From the IMG/VR virus record IMGVR_UViG_3300023313_000001, positions 124,001 through 188,000 of that record: 64,000 nucleotides of DNA. One strand, 5' to 3'. Of this stretch, positions 59,062 through 64,000 are shown in pieces. Each line of letters starts with the position of its first letter. The first letter of the stretch is position 1. Made by a program: the position numbers and the translations under genes. The notes under the pieces were generated by a model. The model had not been told where the DNA came from. It saw only the letters and a list, made by a program, of their open reading frames with translations, and made no database searches.

Positions 59062-59413
59062 TAAGATGAAATATAATACAACTGGTTATCAAATACTAAC
59101 AGATAGTGGGTTCAGACCGTTTGTGGGCATATCAATGATGGGAAAACAGATGCTCCTAAAGTTTGAGTTCAACGATGGAACATCAATTGAAGTTACTCCA
59201 GGCCATAAATTTATCTATAACACCAAACTGATTGACGGTGAGATTGTAGGTGTACCTATTCATGCAAACGTGTTGTCAGTGGGTGATCAAATATCCACGA
59301 TGGATGGCGAAGTTGAGATCGTAAGTATATGTGAAAGCACTGACCAGCAAACGTACGATTTAATTGAGGTTGGTGATCACAAGTATAAAACTAACTCAGT
59401 AATATCCCACAAC
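59054..59413 (+). mobile_element. Split intein C-fragment (~120 aa)
   Basis: YQILTDSGFRPF...VTPGHKF (block B TxxH)...TYDLIEV...NSVISHN|C. Confidence 0.88.
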
Positions 59414-60175
59414 TGTGAATTTTTATCATCAGATCCATTGTTAATAGATTCCATGGTGATTGGACAACTGGAAAGTAATGTCAGCTTACCTATCCGCGAA
59501 GATATGGGATTTAAATTTTGGAAACAACTACTCCCAAATAAAACATATTTAATTGGAGTCGATCCGGCAACTGGATCTGGTGAGGATTTTTCTACAATAC
59601 TAGTATATGATTTTCAAGATCTATCCATGGTTGCAGAATGGCGGTCAAACACCATGTCGTCCCCTCAATTGTATGCTGCACTCAAATTGGTACTCAAACA
59701 AATCGAATCGCACCAAAGTATGGCATATTTCTCAATAGAAAACAATGGTGTGGGAGAGGGGGTGATTGCGTTATATGAAAATGACGAAAAATTACCGGAA
59801 AATTGTGAGTTTGTATCTGAAGAAGGCGGAAACCGATTGGGCATGCGGACTGAAAGTCGTGTCAAACTACGAACATGTATGGTGATGAAACAATTAGTTG
59901 AATCTGGAAAAATAGAGATTAAATCTGAAATGATGCTGCGTGAATTGAAAAGTTACGTGTCCACTAGAGGATCGTACGCTGCTCAAATAGGTGCAACAGA
60001 TGATCTTATATCTGCATTGCTAATTGTACTCAGACTATTATCAGAGATGGCAACGTATGAACAACGAGCTCATGAATTGATGAACCAATATGATGATATT
60101 GGTTCATTTAGTGCTGAAGATACAGAGGGAGTATATGATGATGATAAATTTATTCCGGACAGCTTTGTTTTTTAA
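59054..60175 (+). CDS. gp17: Split-intein IntC fused to the terminase large-subunit nuclease domain
   Basis: SHN|CEFLSSD, YLIGVDPATGSGEDFS, IENNGVGEG, GATDDLISAL. Confidence 0.92.
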   Translation: MPDKMKYNTTGYQILTDSGFRPFVGISMMGKQMLLKFEFNDGTSIEVTPGHKFIYNTKLIDGEIVGVPIHANVLSVGDQISTMDGEVEIVSICESTDQQTYDLIEVGDHKYKTNSVISHNCEFLSSDPLLIDSMVIGQLESNVSLPIREDMGFKFWKQLLPNKTYLIGVDPATGSGEDFSTILVYDFQDLSMVAEWRSNTMSSPQLYAALKLVLKQIESHQSMAYFSIENNGVGEGVIALYENDEKLPENCEFVSEEGGNRLGMRTESRVKLRTCMVMKQLVESGKIEIKSEMMLRELKSYVSTRGSYAAQIGATDDLISALLIVLRLLSEMATYEQRAHELMNQYDDIGSFSAEDTEGVYDDDKFIPDSFVF

Positions 60176-60224
60176 TATAACCCAAGTATAGTCACAATAT
60201 CATTTACTAACACAGAACATTCCA

Positions 60225-61337
60225 ATGTCTACTACTTACAAATACCAGTTTGAAGAATTCTATACCAATTTCCAACAGATGTATCTATTCCAACGTATGG
60301 TGAACACCACTGAAAATACCCATTGGCATCGGGAAGATAATGTTGGAGTTCATACCAACATGGTAGTACAAGAGTACATTCAACGATCACCTAAACGATG
60401 GTCACGAGCAGACTACCTAGGTGCAATTGCCTGTGCATTCCACGATGTTGGAAAACCCAACGCAGAACAGTACATCCAAGATAGTAGTGGAGGCCATAAC
60501 ACTTACAAAGGCCATGAACAGATATCAGCTAGAAAATTTGAACTATTTACATCAGATAATCCAGATTGGCTCTTGCTAGATCCGATGGACATTGCAGCAG
60601 TTTGTTGGATGATACAACACCATCTACCATACAGAACTACTAAAACACATAAATTAAATGCCCTCAAGACTACGGCAACATTCTTTAATGTTTTCGACCA
60701 ATTCCTTCGTTTGGTAATGTCTGATCAATATGGTCGTGTATCAGATGACCACGACTTAAATAAGTTATCATTGATGGAGTGGATCATGCAGTTCATATTT
60801 AAATCCACTAATAAAGAATGTTGGTTGAATATTCATAGTAAACCAATAGTATACATGTTAGTGGGGGCATCTAGTTCTGGTAAGTCTACCTTAACAAAAC
60901 AATTACTACAAGAACACGGAGCATATAATGTGTCTGTGTTCAACATGGATAAATGTAGATTAGATTGGTATTCATTAGATGACTCTAATAATTCTGAGTT
61001 GGATAGATACCAGTACGCTTTCAAACAATCATGTGATGATCCAGATTTTACCAAACGGACAAATTCTGTATTCACAGACATGCTGCAAACTCAGAAAACT
61101 GTGATAGTTGACAACATGAATCTCACATCTAAATCCAGAAAGCGCATCTTTACGGAAGCTGCTAACAATGGATACCACGTTATCAGTATTGTCATGCAGA
61201 CTCCTTTATCTACTTTATGTGACCGTAACGAACTACGTGGAGATAGATCCCTCCCGAACGACCTTCTCATAAATATGTATTCCAGACTATCGTATCCAAC
61301 CATAGCTACAGAATGTCATGAAATTAGGGTGAATTAA
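60225..61337 (+). CDS. HD-domain phosphohydrolase fused to a P-loop polynucleotide-kinase-like domain
   Basis: WHREDNVGVHT, AFHDVGKP, GHEQISA, QHH; GASSSGKST, VIVDNMNL, RNELR. Confidence 0.8.
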   Translation: MSTTYKYQFEEFYTNFQQMYLFQRMVNTTENTHWHREDNVGVHTNMVVQEYIQRSPKRWSRADYLGAIACAFHDVGKPNAEQYIQDSSGGHNTYKGHEQISARKFELFTSDNPDWLLLDPMDIAAVCWMIQHHLPYRTTKTHKLNALKTTATFFNVFDQFLRLVMSDQYGRVSDDHDLNKLSLMEWIMQFIFKSTNKECWLNIHSKPIVYMLVGASSSGKSTLTKQLLQEHGAYNVSVFNMDKCRLDWYSLDDSNNSELDRYQYAFKQSCDDPDFTKRTNSVFTDMLQTQKTVIVDNMNLTSKSRKRIFTEAANNGYHVISIVMQTPLSTLCDRNELRGDRSLPNDLLINMYSRLSYPTIATECHEIRVN

Positions 61338-61338
61338 T

Positions 61339-61842
61339 ATGACTGTGAGGTTACCAATAGAAATGATGCTAGAAAGTTCCATGGATGATCTAATCTCATC
61401 CACAACTCAAGCATTTCCTGACCGATCGGAAAAAGTAAACAATGTTAGAATAACAAACAAAACCTATCAGAAATTAGATGGAGATAAGTTACTGGTGAAG
61501 GCCAAGTGTGCTGGAGAAACAAATGATTACGATACACAGGTGTTATATAATTCAGTACAATATGTAGAGGGAGGAAATCCCGAATCTATCACACTAAATG
61601 GTGGATTCAATATTCTACCGATTTCATCCGACTCCGACGTCAAAGTTGGCTGTACTTGTTTAGATTTCCATTGGACATTTGCTTGGCAAAATTCTAGTGA
61701 TGGTAGCTTAATGGGAGATCCACCGTCCCCATACCAACGAAAGACTGATAGAGCACCCCGTAACCCAACCAACGCGATTGGATTATGTAAACATCTACTC
61801 AAGCTACATGCAGATATGACGGCTGAGGGGCTACTTGGATAA
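61339..61842 (+). CDS. SWIM-like zinc-finger protein
   Basis: VKVGCTCLDF...NP....GLCKHL. Confidence 0.65.
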   Translation: MTVRLPIEMMLESSMDDLISSTTQAFPDRSEKVNNVRITNKTYQKLDGDKLLVKAKCAGETNDYDTQVLYNSVQYVEGGNPESITLNGGFNILPISSDSDVKVGCTCLDFHWTFAWQNSSDGSLMGDPPSPYQRKTDRAPRNPTNAIGLCKHLLKLHADMTAEGLLG

Positions 61843-61843
61843 G

Positions 61844-62467
61844 TTACTTATCCAATTCTTTTAATAATAGCTTAACCTTTCTATCCTTTTTGCCTTTATC
61901 ACTGAGTTGTTCATACGGATGGTCAGTCTTGAAAAACTGGTATCCGTTTGGTAACACTTGGTTTACTGGAACCTCATCCAGACCCTCAGTCACACTAGCT
62001 TTCTTCGTATCAGACTTTTTGGGTGCGGAAGTAGACTTTTTCTTCTCAGCAGACTTTTTCTTTTCAGCAGACTTCTTCTTCCCAGTAGAATCTTTGATCT
62101 TTATGGTATCTTTCCCACCCTTAATTGGTTTTGGTGTTTTGATCGGTGGAACTTCCACTGAAGGAGCTATCTCAATACTATTTTTCCCAACAACCAGAAG
62201 GTTTCCCTTAACTGGTTCAAAATAAAAATCATCTACTATAACACATAATACATATTTGTACTTACCTTCGTCTAATAATTCCTTAGGGATAGTTGTTTTC
62301 CAACGTACACCAGACACATGACTACACTGGATGGTGTAATGCAACGTCGTAGATACAGCAACGTCTAATATTACTCTACCAGTTTTAATGTCCAACCCTT
62401 GGGCTGTTGCATCAAACTCAAACTTATTGTCTATATTGCGACCTACAGTAATATCTTCCATTGTCAT
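61844..62467 (-). CDS. Hypothetical protein with Lys-rich repeat
   Basis: Beta-rich N-half; KKKSAEKKKSAEKKKS. Confidence 0.7.
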   Translation of the reverse strand: MTMEDITVGRNIDNKFEFDATAQGLDIKTGRVILDVAVSTTLHYTIQCSHVSGVRWKTTIPKELLDEGKYKYVLCVIVDDFYFEPVKGNLLVVGKNSIEIAPSVEVPPIKTPKPIKGGKDTIKIKDSTGKKKSAEKKKSAEKKKSTSAPKKSDTKKASVTEGLDEVPVNQVLPNGYQFFKTDHPYEQLSDKGKKDRKVKLLLKELDK

Positions 62468-62901
62468 CTCTTCATTTTGATTATTATATTAGCTATCTTT
62501 CGACTAAATGTCGATACTGATGTTGATATTGATTGTAATGTCTTATTCACTACGTTTATAGCATTCACAATATGGTCAGCTCTCTTTTTATCAACAACAT
62601 ATTCCCGTTGTATTGTTTTCTTGTTAATTCCGACAACTATAGTTACTAGGCGCTTCTCTCGAATTGCTGCATCTCGCTTTTCCTTTTCATCATCCTCAAC
62701 ATCGTTCCTTTGATATGGATATGATTGTATTATACCAGCTACAGCAGATCCAGGCCTTACATGAGACCCTCCCCCGCCAGCAGAGGTTGGTGGAGACTGT
62801 ACTGGAGTTACAATGCATTTTAAATGGAACGGTCCATATATCAACGTGTTACAAGCAGGTCCACCTAAACCATTGGTTAACATTCCACCCATAGAATCCA
62901 T
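62464..62901 (-). CDS. Hypothetical protein (145 aa)
   Basis: Start and stop overlap both neighbours. Confidence 0.65.
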   Translation of the reverse strand: MDSMGGMLTNGLGGPACNTLIYGPFHLKCIVTPVQSPPTSAGGGGSHVRPGSAVAGIIQSYPYQRNDVEDDEKEKRDAAIREKRLVTIVVGINKKTIQREYVVDKKRADHIVNAINVVNKTLQSISTSVSTFSRKIANIIIKMKR

Positions 62902-63476
62902 TATACTGGCACGCGCTCACAGACTTCAGCAACGCTAGGTGCTCCCGTTCCATCAAATAGGTTAAACACCTGCAGTGGAGTTACACCGTCATTATCATAT
63001 ACAGTCAATGTTTTAGCTACCTTATCTATCATGGTTCTATTACTCTCGTACTTTACCAGTAGAGTCACTAGTGACATCATACTCACTACATCTAATCTTA
63101 ACTGATCCACATTCGCATCAATGGCATTAACAGCCTCACCAAACGTACCAACTGTGATGTGGTCCACTTTAGGAGCATCCCATAACGAAACTGCAATATC
63201 CTCACTAAAACTTTCATTTGCAGCTATTTGATACCGCTCACTAGCTGGCAATGAAATACCTCCGTCAGATCTAAACACATAATTGTTGATCTGATCATAT
63301 GTAGCGAAGTCGTATTTGTAAAAACCATCCCCAACTTCAACCATTGGATCATCTGCGATTACCAAGGTTTGAGTCCCAGGAGTAACGATCCATCCGCGAA
63401 TAGTTGGAGACAACCCTAATGCCGGGGCACCATTCGATGAAAAAAAAGATGTAATCAATTTTGGTTGCATAAACAT
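62901..63476 (-). CDS. Hypothetical, probably virion protein (191 aa)
   Basis: MVEVGDGFYKYDF, TLTVYDNDGVTPL; late motif CATAAATA on the minus strand at 63495-63502. Confidence 0.7.
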   Translation of the reverse strand: MFMQPKLITSFFSSNGAPALGLSPTIRGWIVTPGTQTLVIADDPMVEVGDGFYKYDFATYDQINNYVFRSDGGISLPASERYQIAANESFSEDIAVSLWDAPKVDHITVGTFGEAVNAIDANVDQLRLDVVSMMSLVTLLVKYESNRTMIDKVAKTLTVYDNDGVTPLQVFNLFDGTGAPSVAEVCERVPV

Positions 63477-63623
63477 GTTCTCATTTATTTGACGTATTTA
63501 TGTAAATACTTTCTTTAGCAACTATAAATACATTAAACATATGAATTGATATTGCACAATACCACCATCACGAGATAGTGCTATTCAATGATAACATAAC
63601 AACTACACTCGGATCAGTATTAT

Positions 63624-63986
63624 ATGTCAATCATACAAACACAACCAGTCGGACAACCAGGCGGTTCAACAGTATTCACAAGAAAACTGTATATTGTTCC
63701 TCCTACAGCGACTCAGGGTGTGGATAGTGTGGACATTACTACTACGATAGCTGCTAAATGGATGGTATCTATTCGAAATGTAGTCACGAATGATACTAAC
63801 GTATTTGAAGTGATGGCAGTACATAATAATGCTGCAGCACTACATAATATATCAAATGAAGTTGGACAGCACATAGCAACATTTGTGAATGTTGATGTGT
63901 TCGGGTCATTCATGGTGCTAGAAATAACTAATAATATAACAGATAACATAGAAGTACGCGTACAAAACATAACAATGCAACTATAA
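63624..63986 (+). CDS. Hypothetical, probably virion protein (120 aa)
   Basis: Beta-rich; TATAAATA at 63523 upstream. Confidence 0.65.
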   Translation: MSIIQTQPVGQPGGSTVFTRKLYIVPPTATQGVDSVDITTTIAAKWMVSIRNVVTNDTNVFEVMAVHNNAAALHNISNEVGQHIATFVNVDVFGSFMVLEITNNITDNIEVRVQNITMQL

Positions 63987-64000
63987 ATATCATGGTAACA

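Noticed and set aside
62020-62090. 18-nt tandem repeat
   Set aside because: Simply encodes KKKSAE repeats of the minus-strand ORF
1-64000. Stop-codon reassignment
   Set aside because: Conserved genes are full length in the standard code and end in TAA, TAG and TGA
1-64000. CRISPR array or tRNA genes
   Set aside because: No regularly spaced repeats or cloverleaf motifs seen; the repeats found are protein-coding or two-copy only

Overview
The window is AT-rich dsDNA from a large (probably jumbo) myovirus with a divergent T4-like morphogenesis module. Bases 1-16031 (minus strand) carry baseplate genes: a >2450-aa wedge protein running off the left edge and missing from the ORF track, then gp6, gp25, gp5, a hub protein, a gp53-like protein and a tube initiator. 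Bases 16.2-22.1 kb hold the gp55 late sigma factor, gp47/gp46 nuclease, nucleotide-salvage enzymes, a 2H phosphoesterase and a Holliday-junction resolvase. Bases 22.1-22.8 kb are a promoter-led, ORF-free, extensively base-paired ~570-nt element near an apparent GC-skew switch (candidate new ncRNA and/or replication origin). Bases 23.7-64 kb carry a gp26/gp51-like pair joined by a probable -1 frameshift, tape measure, portal, protease, scaffold, major capsid, neck, terminator, sheath, tube, gp4, and small and large terminase. Seven free-standing endonuclease genes sit between the structural genes, five of them Vsr-like nuclease + Mom/GNAT-like fusions. The large terminase carries a class-3 cis intein starting with Glu and is fractured by an atypically split intein (30-aa IntN, ~120-aa IntC) around an endonuclease gene. 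It is preceded by a catalytically dead paralog of its own ATPase domain. Late promoters read (C/T/A)ATAAATA, and two lie in RBS-occluding hairpins. All calls are from motif recognition by eye; no searches or folding programs were run.
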